Assembly: GCF_001194135.2 (NCBI RefSeq)
Contig: NC_068984.1
Span: 128,490,860 to 128,553,236 of the forward strand
Reading direction: 5' to 3'
DNA from: Octopus bimaculoides
Lineage: Eukaryota
Length of the DNA stretch: 62,377 bases
Positions 50,701 to 62,054 of the stretch are shown here, one piece after another; position 1 is the first letter of the stretch, and every line of letters starts with the position of its first letter. Under the pieces are notes generated by a model. That model was not told the DNA's origin and searched no databases. It was given only the letters and a program-made list of their open reading frames with translations. The position numbers and the translations under genes were made by a program.

Positions 50701-51834
50701 CTGTCTCCGAATTAAACCATTACACACACACTCTAACCATTTTGGTAGATTATCAATCAACATATCTTTGGTTGAAAAATTGTTGGCAAATACATTCACT
50801 GCAAACATGAAACCTATGTTCCTAGCATTTTGACTTCCCTGTCAAGAATTTTGTTTCTGCCTCCCAGTCTCAAATACTTGCATTTTCAGTCCATTATTAT
50901 TCTTAATGTGTGGTTCAAAATATTGGGCTCAACTACACTGCATGGTACCTTTAGCAAGTGTCTTCTACAATAATCCTGGGCTGACCAATGCCTTTTGAGG
51001 ATATTTGGAAGACAGAAATTGAATGAAGCCCCCCCCCCCCATCTCTCATATATATATATGCATNNNNNNNNNNACAGAAATTGAATGAAGCCCCCCCCCC
51101 CCATCTCTCATATATATATATGCATGCATGCATAAATCTGCCTCAATTCCATCTGCCCTTTGCAAAATGATGAGATATATGTATATCTCTAAATAATCCT
51201 TTTTCTTTTTTTCTTTTTAGGATATATTTTATTACTAACCATCCAGACATTTATTAAATGTTTTCTTTTTACAGAGGATGTTAACTGGTTTAAACCTGTT
51301 GAGCTGAAATCAAAATGGGGTCGCAGAGGTCACATAAAAGAAGCTTTAGGTGAGTTCTTGGAAATTGCTTTTCTATATTATATTTTTCGCTGGATATAAG
51401 AACCTGTCTCTCTCCTACTTACTGTATCTGACAGTGTTCTATCTACTCTGTCCTACTGATTTTTATTGTCTCAACTGTCTCTTTCATTTATCCTGCTTTT
51501 TTACTTATCTATCTTACTTTCTACATAGTGTTCTATCTCATGTCTCTCTATCTCCACTTAAATGTGGATAAATATTACCTCTTTGTATTAATTACTACCT
51601 CTGTCACTAATTTTTAACATGTTCTTTCTGTCTATTAATAATCAATATTGATCTTGTCTCTGTTCAGGTACACATGGTCACATGAAATGTATATTTGATA
51701 ACCAGCTGAAATCTCAAGATACAATCCTCTTGAACCTGTACAAAAGAATTTTTCCTAAGTGGACATACAGTCCCCGTGTATTTAACCCTTCTCTAAAAGT
51801 TATGGAACAGATTGGTGATGATATGGAAAGCTGA
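32251..51834 (+). CDS. TSR1: Pre-rRNA-processing protein TSR1 (40S biogenesis, Bms1-like inactive GTPase), 800 aa. Exons 32251-32359, 33800-33870, 34228-34314, 34750-34862, 35552-35747, 36949-37019, 37239-37395, 38471-38635, 39556-39712, 41046-41209, 42129-42197, 42991-43055, 43799-43891, 44638-44779, 45087-45138, 45653-45858, 47036-47138, 49406-49546, 51275-51349, 51668-51834
   Basis: All 19 introns are GT-AG with consistent phases; total 2403 nt, open to TGA. Hallmarks: [148 protein letters not shown]. Confidence 0.97.
34986..35323. repeat. 101-bp inverted duplication of a SINE 3' half in TSR1 intron 4
   Basis: 34986-35086 against 35223-35323: three mismatches by my count; 136-nt spacer. 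Confidence 0.9.
35820..36316. mobile_element. Interspersed repeat family 4 ending in (GAT)n. Other copies at about 6895-7015, 8150-8342, 14420-14735, 16925-17230, 20649-20830, 37483-37715, 43226-43500 and 51995-52165
   Basis: Shared GGTTGGCGTTAGGAAGGGCATCCAGC...CCCATGCTAGCATGGAAAGCGGACGTTAAACGATGATG; class not determined. Confidence 0.8.
39869..40072. repeat. Long palindrome in TSR1 intron 9
   Basis: Perfect 35-bp stem 39925-39959 / 39987-40021, plus 8 more pairs closing an 11-nt loop; imperfect outer arms. Confidence 0.9.
47177..47822. mobile_element. Same hAT MITE family with an internal SINE, TSR1 intron 17
   Basis: CAGTGGTTCTCAACC / AGTTGAGAACTACTA; TSD ATTTAACA/ATTTAGCA (7/8). Confidence 0.78.
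47339..47748 (+). mobile_element. SINE family 1, full length, inside hAT MITE
   Basis: Head-to-tail match to the other copies. Confidence 0.9.
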
Positions 51835-51867
51835 AAATCTTGTTCCATTAAATTATAATTATCACAA

Positions 51868-51873
51868 AATAAA
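51868..51873 (+). terminator. Candidate TSR1 polyadenylation signal AATAAA
   Basis: 33 nt after the TGA; ATTAAA also at 51847-51852. Confidence 0.5.
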
Positions 51874-52249
51874 TCATCTAAAGATAACTTGTTACTGGTG
51901 TTGTCAATAGCTCTGATTGAGTGGACCTATATGGTCAGTGGCATTTCTCTTTTGACCAGGTTTTCTCTCTCCTCATCGTTTTTGTAGTTTTGCAAGCTGT
52001 CTGTTGATCTCACTAGTGCCAATACACACTGTAAAGTGGTTGGAGATAGGAAGGGGACACACCTGTAGAAATCATGCAAACTGGAGCAAAATGCAGCCCG
52101 TGCATCCATTAGTTACTGAGACTTTTCGACTCATACCAGCATGGAACACAGGCATTAAAATGATGGATGTCTTAACCATTTAGTATTTAAACTGGCTATG
52201 TCTGGCCCAAATATTCTACCAGTTTTACATTCAAACTGGATGTTTCTGT

Positions 52250-52830
52250 GGCTAAGACATACGGGACTTGGAGGAGGGCTGGTTCCTAGATGTGTGCCGC
52301 TGGTGTATAAGCATGTCCCGATGTCACATAGGAGTCTCCCAACTTAGGGGTTACTATAGGCCCATTGTTTCATAGGTGTCCTTGAGAGAGCAAAAGACTA
52401 GCTATTCTATTAACAAACAGGAGATAATCATCAACGATTGATTAAACTGCTTCAGTTCTAGGTGACATGTTCATGTCTTGTGGTTCTACATTGCCAGTTA
52501 TAGAAATCATGCTTAGAAGCCTCGCTAACTATGGCGAAGGTCACCAGAAAGATGGTTAATTGTCTCCAGCACTGAGCTGTTCACTTCCGGTGCTATAGCA
52601 ACTGATGTCAAGACAGCTTCCTCTGATTTCATTTGAGTGTTAAGCATGAAACAGTGTCAACTTTTCCAATCTTCTCCACTGGGGCGTACTTTATGGTAAA
52701 ATTGTAGCTAAGAAGTATTGCGATCCAGCATTATAACTGGGTCACTGTATAGACTAATGCATTTCTCTTCTGGAACCAAAATCGCAAGCAGTGGCTTGTG
52801 GTCCGTTATTCTCGTCAGCTATCGACCACA
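52250..52830 (-). mobile_element. Ty3/gypsy pol relic (end of RNase H to start of integrase)
   Basis: Minus strand ITDHKPLLAIF/GS...WIAILLSYNFTIKY.P.EKIGKVDTVSCL, with frameshifts and stops. Confidence 0.8.
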
Positions 52831-53335
52831 GCTTTTAGCTAGTAAGTAGAAACAAAATTCTTGACCAAGGCAAAAAATTTGGGGGTGCGTGGTTTAAGAT
52901 CAATTTAGCTGTTATTTTTGGCACATCTCACGACCATCTCAGTGACTAAAAAAAAAAAAAAAAGCGAGTGAACACATTTTGTTGTTTTAAATAGTACATT
53001 ACAAATGAAATAATTTTCAAAATAACCTTATAGCACAAACTTAAAAGATTTGGTAAAATCTCTAGTTTAACACTCAGTCACAAAAGTGTAATATGTATAA
53101 AACAATGTGTAGTAAACAAATATGAAAGAATGTGCGCCGACGAAAACCCAACTTTAACAATTATAAAAAAAGAATTGCGCCAACGAACAGGGGTGGGGAC
53201 TCGGAAAATTCACATCGGCAATTTTCCGAGTCCTCTCCCCCCACCCCTATTCGTCAGCGCGCATTTTTTTTTCATATTCGTTTACTACGCTGTTTTACAC
53301 CTATTGCACTATTTTTTTTTTCATTTTTGTGACCA

Positions 53336-53688
53336 GGCGTAGGAGTGGCTGTGTGGTAAGTAGCTTGCTTACGAACCACATGGTTCCGGTTTCAGTCCCA
53401 CTGCGTGGCACCTTGGGCAAGTGAGCCTCGGGCCGACCAAAGCCATGTGAGTGGATTTGGTAGACAGAAACTGAAAGAAGCCCGTCGTATATATATATAT
53501 ATATGTTTGTGTGTGTGTTTGACTACCGATGCTGGTGTGTTTACGTCCCCGTAATCTAGCGGTTCGGCAAAAGACACCGATAGAATAAGTACTAGGCTTA
53601 TAAAGAATAAGTCCTTGGGTCGATTTGCTCGACTAAGGGCAGTGCTCCAGCATGGTCACAGTCAAATGACTGAAACAAGTAAAAGAGT
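53336..53688 (+). mobile_element. SINE family 1, near full length. Partial or diverged copies at about 14205-14400(+), 31316-31520(-), 32869-33235(-), 41570-41790(+), 42215-42400(+), 48083-48225(+), 50095-50210(-) and 50905-51060(-)
   Basis: Shared blocks GGCACCTTGGGCAAGTGTCTTCTACTATAG, GAAACTGAAAGAAGCCC and AATAAGTACTAGGC. Confidence 0.88.
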
Positions 53689-53969
53689 AGATGTTAAAGA
53701 GATTAACCAAAGGTTTATCCAAAAGCAAATTAGAACATTACATATTAAATATTGAAAAAAAACACAAACATCTTGTTCACCAGTTCATTGAAAAAAAGTT
53801 TGAAATGTATTAGAGTAATTTCTGGAACAAATTGTCATTAGACCACATGAGGCTTCGGCAATTACCGAACGGATGCTTCTTTTTTTGAGTTCGTAAGTTT
53901 TGGTATTTTGTTACACAGACGGATATAATTTTTGCTTTTGGACATTTGTAGTCATTTTAATTGAACCTG

Positions 53970-56900
53970 CTTGGCGGTGGAAGTTTTTTTCTTTGACTAT
54001 ACAAGTTCACCCCTTCGCGAGCGAATTTTCAATCTTAATTTGTGTATTGTTTTCGGAGTTTTAACACTCAATTGTTTATTTTCGATCATGGCCTCCAGCT
54101 TTGGAGAGGATAACCCCCACCCCAAGTCGAGGAGCACGAAGAAACGTTTTCTCTCCCCCTTTGTGAACAAAACGAAAGCAATGAAATTAAAAAAAAAAAT
54201 ACTACCAATGCCACCACAATTAGCAACACTAGTGAAACACATGGAAAACCCGGAGAACACAAGAACAATAAAAGCTACAGTTGCGGCTTCGCATCCGCTG
54301 CAAAATTTTACCAAGAAACACTAAACGTAAGTGTCAAGGATTTAAAAAAGTTCAACAATCTAATACAAAGAAATGGCATAAATGTATTATTAACCCTGTC
54401 TTACGAAATTACACAACACACAGCACAAAAACGGTCATCTACAAAACTGTCCCTAAAATGCAGAAAAATAGAGCTATCAAAAAAACAAATAGAGAAGTGT
54501 TTACACCCAATTTAGAATAGAATCACGTACTCCCGCGATCGACTGATTCTAGTCTCGAACGATTGATTGTTGAGTATTTTGTTGAAGGCTTCTGTCCAGT
54601 TACGTGTACGTTGAACTGTTGAAATTGTTAAAATTATTGTTAATTTGTTGCTGTTTACCAAAAACACACAGCTTATGCAGCAGGCGTGTGGGTTTTTGTT
54701 GTATTTTCCCCTCGTTTGAGAAGGATAACCATATGCCTGAAATAGCCGTAGAGGAAGGACGAGCAGGAAGCCAAGGAAGCTACGCGTCGGTAGCTGGAAA
54801 ACAGAACATGACGAAGACAGTACAACAGTTAGAAATGAGAGAAGTTGCTATCCCACCATGATAAATTATGTGAATGCATGCAATTTACAGACAGGGGGGG
54901 GGGGTAGAGAGTAAAATTGACTCCTCCGGAGGATTTAATCGGAGATGCGAAAAGAACAGTATTTTATAGGACTATATTTGTCCGGAAAAAAGATTGAAAT
55001 GGCTCCAGAAGAGACCATTGAAAAATGTTTAGACTCAATTAGAAGACATCTACTACATCCGAGGTAGGAAATAGGATACAGTGGAGGTAAGATTTGCCTC
55101 TGGAGAGGTGGCAGTTAAGCACTCCACTGTACCAGTAAGAACTGAAGAATGGCTGCCCCTGCCAATCTACCTGGGGAAACGAGTCTCTAGGGTGAGGATT
55201 GGCAGGATTCCGCCAGAAATAAGAGAAGTATGGATTGCGGCAGTTGTACTCTCTGGAAGCAATGAGGACCCATTGGTTGTGCAGGCAACCCGGGCACAGC
55301 AATTGAATTGGTAGGGTTACTGCCTAGAATTAATTGTCCAGGCCACCCAAGCGGACCTAAACGAGCTCCCAGAAATTGAGTTACCGGAAGACAAAAAATT
55401 AACAGTGACAGAAGGGAGACCGCCCACCTGCTATGGCTGCAGCCAGAAGGGGCACATAAAAAAGAAGTGCCCCCAAAACGAACAAGAACAGAAGAAAGCA
55501 GTGGAGATCCTGACCGAGATCGGGAGTACAGCGAAGGTAGCAGAAAGGACCCAGGATGCAACAGAGATGGAACAAACAGACCAAGATGCCGAGGAGGACT
55601 ACATACAAGTAACAAGAGAAAGAGAAAATCACGTACGTAGCAAGGGGGAAGAAATTAGGCACTGTGGAAGTGAGATTCACCTCAGAAAACGAAGCCAAAC
55701 AACATTCCACATTACCACTAAAGACAGAAAAAGAAAATGGTGCTCCTGCCGACCTACCTCGGTCGGCGAGTCTCAAAAATTTGGGAAATACCTCCAGATT
55801 TTGACATTTCTTGGGTAGTGGCAATTGACATTGGAGGAAAAAATTGAAATTCTACAAATAAACAAGCTACACCAACAAAATTGGAGGGGTGAAGGACTGA
55901 AGCTTTTATTTCAAGCAGACCAGCAAACGCTCGAAAAAATTCCAGACCTTATCCAATTATCAGAAGGTGCAAAATTGCGTGTATCAGTGGAGATAGGTAA
56001 ACCGAGGACAACAGGACCACCTCAAAGCCTTTTGCCCGCAGAGATCAGACTGGAAACGCTCCCTTCCATCAAAAATAGTAGCACAACACCAACAGATGCA
56101 AACTACATTAGAAGCAATGTCATCACCACCTAAAACAACGACTACACAAATTACAGAAAATACAAAAATAACAGCAGAGAAAACAGAAACAACACCACCA
56201 TCACTAATGGAAGTGATACCAATCTCAGCTACAGGACTGAATACGAAAATAACTACTAAAAATACAACAAACAACAACAGCACCAAAAGAAAAAAAGTAA
56301 CACCAATAGACATCAACCCAACAGATTTACCCCTCCCCGAGTCTGACTCGGACATCTGCAAAGAAACGAATAAAGGAGAGTGGAAAGAAGTTCTAAAAGG
56401 GAAGAAAACGAAAAACAGACAACCTCAGCAACATAGACACGCTCATACAACCACAACACTACTGCCAGCACTGCATACAAAGCCGAAACCACCATCGAAA
56501 ACCATATCAAACCTCACGGCAGTAAACACAAACAATGCACAACTTAATTACATACAAGAACACACCGACCGCACTCCAAACAATTATCTTTGAACAGCAC
56601 CACACATACAGACCCTCAGCATTTCAAATAACATGTTCATTGACACAAAGGAAAATTACCTCAATGCAGTGGGCAAATTTCAGAAAACCATAATTAAAAC
56701 TAACAATCTGATCGTAGAAACACCCACAGCCAGCCAGAGGAGTGAGAAAACCACTCACCCTCCCCCAATCAGAACAGCAAGTATATTTTTCCCCCCATTT
56801 CATAACCACACATCATGGTCTTGCTCAAGTTAAGAAGTTTAAAAGTTCGCTGTGGAAACAGAGGCTCTTCCTTAACGACCTCAGGTCACTAGAATTGGAT

Positions 56901-57130
56901 GTCGTAGCCGCTAGCGAAACGAGACTGAACGGGCTGCAAGCTTTCACACTCCGTGTCAGCCGAGAGGAGGCGGTGGAACTGCGGTTTTGTTCCGGTAAGG
57001 TCTGGATATAAGTCTTTGTGGATCCCGAAGGCAAGCTGGTCATCCTCGATGTGAACGGCAGTGGTTCGAGATAAACTATACAGGCACAAAACTTGGAGGG
57101 GACGAACAAACAGACGTGAAGAAATTCTCC
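53970..57130 (+). mobile_element. L1/Tx1-like LINE 'B': ORF1 from ATG 54088 and start of the ORF2 AP endonuclease (about 56815-57090); 3'-truncated and interrupted by 54531-55626
   Basis: ORF1 rejoins in frame across the insertion (IEKCLHPI*NRITYVARGKKLGTVEVRF). Knuckle remnant QQDHLKAFCP near 56010-56040. The APE-like start WKQRLFLNDLRSLELDVVAASETRL and VDPEGKLVILDV follow. 5' limit approximate. Confidence 0.8.
54531..55626 (+). mobile_element. L1/Tx1-like LINE 'A': 5'UTR plus ORF1 (ATG 54733) with CCHC knuckle, nested in element B
   Basis: SYASVA motif; VEVRFASGEVAVKHST...PIYLGKRVSRVRIG; CYGCSQKGHIKKKC at 55429-55470. Flanked by AATCACGTAC at 54521-54530 and 55627-55636. Confidence 0.85.
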
Positions 57131-57178
57131 TGATAAGAATATATTCTTGCTTTTAATAGTCCATTGTTTGGGTTAACT

Positions 57179-57513
57179 TGTAGTAACGCCGTGCGCATGC
57201 GTAGAATTAAACAACCAAGCGTTCCCGCTTCTATTCTATCTCTTTTGCGGTCGGCCGACCATGAGCATGGACGTGTCAAGAGTGTCTCTAATACTCCAAC
57301 CTGGAGACAGTCTCTTTACGTGTTAAGCTGTCTCTCTACATCTTTCGGACTTACACTCGACAGCTCGCTTACAGCTACAGAACAACGTCTCAGCAACTAT
57401 GCTCATACACAACAGAAGCTGTAACAACAAGAACTAAAGATGTATATATTTACCACCTGAATAAAGTGTTGTTTGAGTTGATAGTCTGGAGTTCAGCGTT
57501 CCGTTATATTTCA
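57179..57513 (+). mobile_element. Probable solo LTR (335 bp)
   Basis: Begins TGTAGT and ends TTTCA; AATAAA at 57460-57465; flanks TAACT/TAATT (4/5 TSD); more GC/CpG-rich than its surroundings. Confidence 0.55.
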
Positions 57514-60500
57514 TAATTTTATAGTAGGAAAGCCAGGTATACATCTAATGATGTATAACCCACTTTCTACTAAAAACTCATTTTTCTTTTGGTTAATTTT
57601 TGACTTCCAGTGTGATTGTAGTAATGAATGCTCAATCCAAAACATTGATGGTTCAAATTCATACGACCCTGACTTTCCTGACGCTTTATTTCTCTACAGG
57701 AAGTGAATAATGAGGGGGGAGGAGAATACAATTCCTATTTTACAATAAGTTTGCACGTATTCCGAATACAAGTGGGAATTAAGCAGGTGATTATTTTGTT
57801 TCAGGGATAACTAATCCATATTTGTAATGGGAAATTGCTTTAAAATAGTTCATGCGGTTAATTGCTTATAACGGTATAATATATCAGTTGAGAAAACACA
57901 GGCTAAAGTCAGAATTTTGAAAGAAAAAAAAAATCTGAAGTAACTTTTTATAATTTTCCACAAGACTCAAGTTAGGGTCTTTAACTGAAATTTTGCTCAT
58001 GATATGTAGTTAAATACAAGTAGCAGAATAAAGCCAGTCGAAAGTTCTACTGTTTATTGTTGGTTGGCCAAGAGACTAATGGCTGTGGCTAACTTAGTTG
58101 ATCAAAATCTATGCGGAATGTGATAACATTAAAGTGCGTGTGTGAAAGTAATCAACAGGAAAAGAAAGAATACTACACGAGGAACAAGTTTTAATAAATG
58201 TATAAGTTTAACGCTTTGCGTGTGTGTGTATGTTGTAGTGTAATTAGTATCGCAGTATTCAGGTCTGGGTGGAAAGTTGAGGGATTCTACAATAAGATAT
58301 GGCAATTTGTGCTTAAAATATTTCAATAGTAATTTATGCAATAACAGTCGTCCTATTAGTTCATTACACTCAAACTGAATGAAGTAACCCGATCCCTATA
58401 AAGTATACCTGAATCATTACACGGTGTTTTGGACGTTAATTTACTTATGTTTTTATATTGGTCTGAAATACTTAATTTTCTTAACAACTAATAATGTCCA
58501 TTGGGAAAATGCTTTGCCTGTGTAATAATAATAATGAAAAAAAAAAGTATGTTTAAAAAACTTAGTTAAACAATCTCAAGTCTGCCCAATAGTATCAAGT
58601 GTAAAACGATTCTTTTCAATCGAGATCGATAAATCTTAAATGTTTCTCTTCATCGATTGAACCCTTTGGTTCTGTTCATTGGTTACAGAAACACACCACA
58701 CATCACAATTACAGGTCCAGCCGGAGACTTCTAACTATTGTTTTCTATTCGCTTTTATTACTCACCCAAATTAACCGATGAATTTTATTTTTACTCAAAC
58801 AAAGGATTTTCTAATTAGCTCGTTATTGTTCTAAGGAACATCTCTCTGAATGTCATTGCGCTGCTATTGAACTGGAAGTACTAATCCCCTAAATTCTATA
58901 ATGTTAGAGAATTGTTGATGAACGTGCAAGAAAACATGCAAATAAATCCCAACTGTATAATAAAAGTTATTAAATGTTTACACGTCCTTCGGAGACAAAG
59001 AATAGCCTCGCAATGAAATGTTGAAGAATTATATCATTCGTTTAACTTTATATGATCTAGAAGGAAATATCATTCAAATATTCTGGGGCGGCTCAACAAA
59101 GCTGATATAAAGAAATACCTGAGCAACCATCTACAAAATGAGATTTGTTCTAAAATGGTTAACTTTTTTCACGAGAGATTTACTTAGTGAACTAGGCACA
59201 CATATTTCCCCATCCAGTTATTGCTGACTAATATATTAACACACATAAAAGAATAACGTTGTTGGATCGACAAACGCTTGGTGGACAATAAGGAATATTT
59301 GAGCTTTTTTTTTTATTGTTTGCCTGACTTAAAACCTTCAACACAATTTTCAATTACATATACACTCATAAAACTACAACTGCTTTTATATAACTGTAGA
59401 GTAATATGATTTGATACTAGTGAATCTATTTCATGAGTTAAAAATCAAACAAACAAAAACTATATAACAGAGCCTGGAGTCAAATAACGTCTGGCTGGTA
59501 TCTTAACTTCGAGTGCAGTTAGATAGGTAGTAGTACGTAGTGCTTATTTCCAACGAATTCTTGAAGATTTTACAGTCATATTCGAGTGTTTGCCAAGAAT
59601 GTATACAGTTAAAACTGGAAGCTGATGTTCGTGGTGTATTGTTAGATGGTGTCAAGATCAAAATCTGACCTCGATACTTTTAGTTTCATCATATATTTCT
59701 TTCAGCTCTTGCATCGCATAAGTCACTGCAATCGGCTAAAAGTCGCCAACAGATGAACGAATGATGACTGAATTACTAAACAAGTTTTGAAATTTATAAG
59801 AAAAGAAAAGTCATTTGACATTCTCTATGATGAGATTGAAAATGTGCATGCTAGAAATAACAGCCAAATCTTCCTAAAATCACACGTATCATTTGAAAGC
59901 GAAAGGGAACACTGAATAATATAGGCCTAGATATACATTGTTTGAAATAGAAGAATGGAATATCTTTGCTTGTAGGTTTGCTCGTTCAGGTTTGATTAGG
60001 GCAATAGCTAGAATGTATGCTGTTCGCGACAACCCTTGAGTTTGCTGTCTCCTATACAACGACAAAAAAAGCGCAGTCTCATAAAAGCGTCGCCCGAGGT
60101 GGACTGTCTCCTCGCCCAATACCCAGTTACGCTACTGGGTGAGGAGCAAACGTCTCCATGACCTTTGTGCGTTCGAGTGGGAGGAGAAACACTTAAAACA
60201 TGTTAAAGACATTTTGTCAAGCTAATATAGGCAACATAGAAGGGAAATTAAACATAAAACAACATTTGATGTTTTGCCATAAATCTTAATATTAACGTAA
60301 TAACATTGTTTTTGATTCAACTAATTACGATCACTGCAAATACTGATTATTGGAATTTTCTAAAACCTTCGTCATTAAATATTTTTCATAAAATCTAATT
60401 CAAAATTTAGCAAAGAATTCATGTTTCAGAATATTTTATTGCTTTTAAACAAATCCATTTATAATAATTTTTCCTGTATAAATTTTCAGATGGTCTTAAA

Positions 60501-60830
60501 CTTTGACCTTTATTCATTCATCATTCACTATTATTCCCCGTCTTCTTCATTTCATTCTTATTTTATTCATTATTGTTTCTCTAAACATGTTATGTCTGTA
60601 TGTGCGTGCGGAAATATGTGCGATATATTTTTTCTTTTTAGCCAGGGAAGAAGGTTTAACTCGCATAGCTTTTTACAGACTCCATCACCTCTCAGAATAG
60701 TTAATCTGCTTAGTCGCCTTTCAGTTTGACATGCTATAAATTGATGATTATAGAAAAAACGTGGGCAGGGAGATTAGGACGAATGGGTTTAGCGTGTTTT
60801 TTTTATTGCAGGGCAAATAAGACACTAGTG

Positions 60831-61147
60831 AAGGCGCGTGGCTTAATGGTTAGGGCATTCGGTTCATGATCGCAAGGTCGCGAGTTCAATTCCCGGCGAC
60901 GCGTTGTGTCCTTGAGCAAGACACTTTATTTCACGTTGCTCCAGTCCACTCAGCTGGCAAAAATGAACAGTACCTGTATTTCAAAGAGCCAGCCTTGTCA
61001 CACTCTGTGTCACACTGAATCTCCCTGAGAACTACGTTAGGGGTACACGTGTCTGTGGATTGCTCAGTCACTTGCACGTTAATTTCACGAGCAAGCTGTT
61101 CCGTTGATCGTATCCGCTGGGACCCTCGTCGTCGTAACCGACGGAGT
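60831..61147 (+). mobile_element. SINE with a different tRNA-like head/body but the family-2 3' half
   Basis: From GTACCTGTATTTCAAAG onward it matches 18365-18540; the 5' part matches the repeat at 18570-18740 and 45300-45440. Confidence 0.8.
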
Positions 61148-61959
61148 GACCCTTTAAGGATGCAAGGAAGTGAATAAGACACTTAGGGAAAATGGGAGAA
61201 GGAAAAGTCGGAGCAGAGGTGGTACATAGCTTGATATTTTATAGAATCAGTAGGGGATATTGAGAAGAAATAGCATATCTTTGGGTCAGTGTTTCAAGTG
61301 TGTTGGTGAGGGATTATTTACCAAGTATGTTAATGTGTCCAGAATATGTGCCATCCATGTCAATCCTTCAGTTTGCTGTCCCCTGTACAGGGATCTCTAT
61401 ACAGCAGACCAAAAAGGGCCACCCCCATAAAAGAGTCACCCGGGGTGGCCGGCCCCTCGTCCCTTATCCGTCACCAAGGACAGTATTTGTTGTGGTGTGG
61501 TGGCTTGTATGCCGCAAAGACTCATAGGTTACTACACTAAGAAGCAATATCGAATTCTCCTTAAACTGATGACTTGGTCTGGCTGATTGCAACAAACTCC
61601 GTTGATGACATACCAGGACCAAACAATATAGTTAAACCGAACGGCAGATTAGGTTTTCTATTCATACTTTAGTAATTATTTCTAATATAGACACAAGGCT
61701 TGAAATTCTATGGGGAGGTACTAGGTCGGTCATATTGATCCAACTGTTCAACTGGTACTCATTTTATCGACGCCAAAAGGATGAAAGGCCAAGTCGACCT
61801 CGGATGAATTCGAACTGAAAACTTAATGATTCAGCAGAAATGCCGATAAGCGTTTTGTCCGATACTCTACCGAGTGGCCACGCTTACCTCGGCTTCATTA
61901 ATGGCATCAGTTAATTATACCTTTCCTTCCAAACACATACACACACACACATTCTTTCG

Positions 61960-61974
<15 letters not shown>

Positions 61975-62054
<80 letters not shown>

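Noticed and set aside
32360-51667. Intronic C/D snoRNAs in TSR1 (vertebrate TSR1 hosts SNORD91)
   Set aside because: C-box-like ATGATGA at about 40944, 46378 and 48797 have no properly spaced terminal CTGA with a closing stem that I could see; a snoscan/Infernal run would be needed.
59440-59880. Possible hAT transposase relic
   Set aside because: Only vague resemblance, with many stops and no diagnostic motif.
61560-61640. CTGATGA followed by a TTGGTCTGG/CCAGGACCAA stem (hammerhead- or snoRNA-like)
   Set aside because: No GAAA after the stem and no terminal D box.
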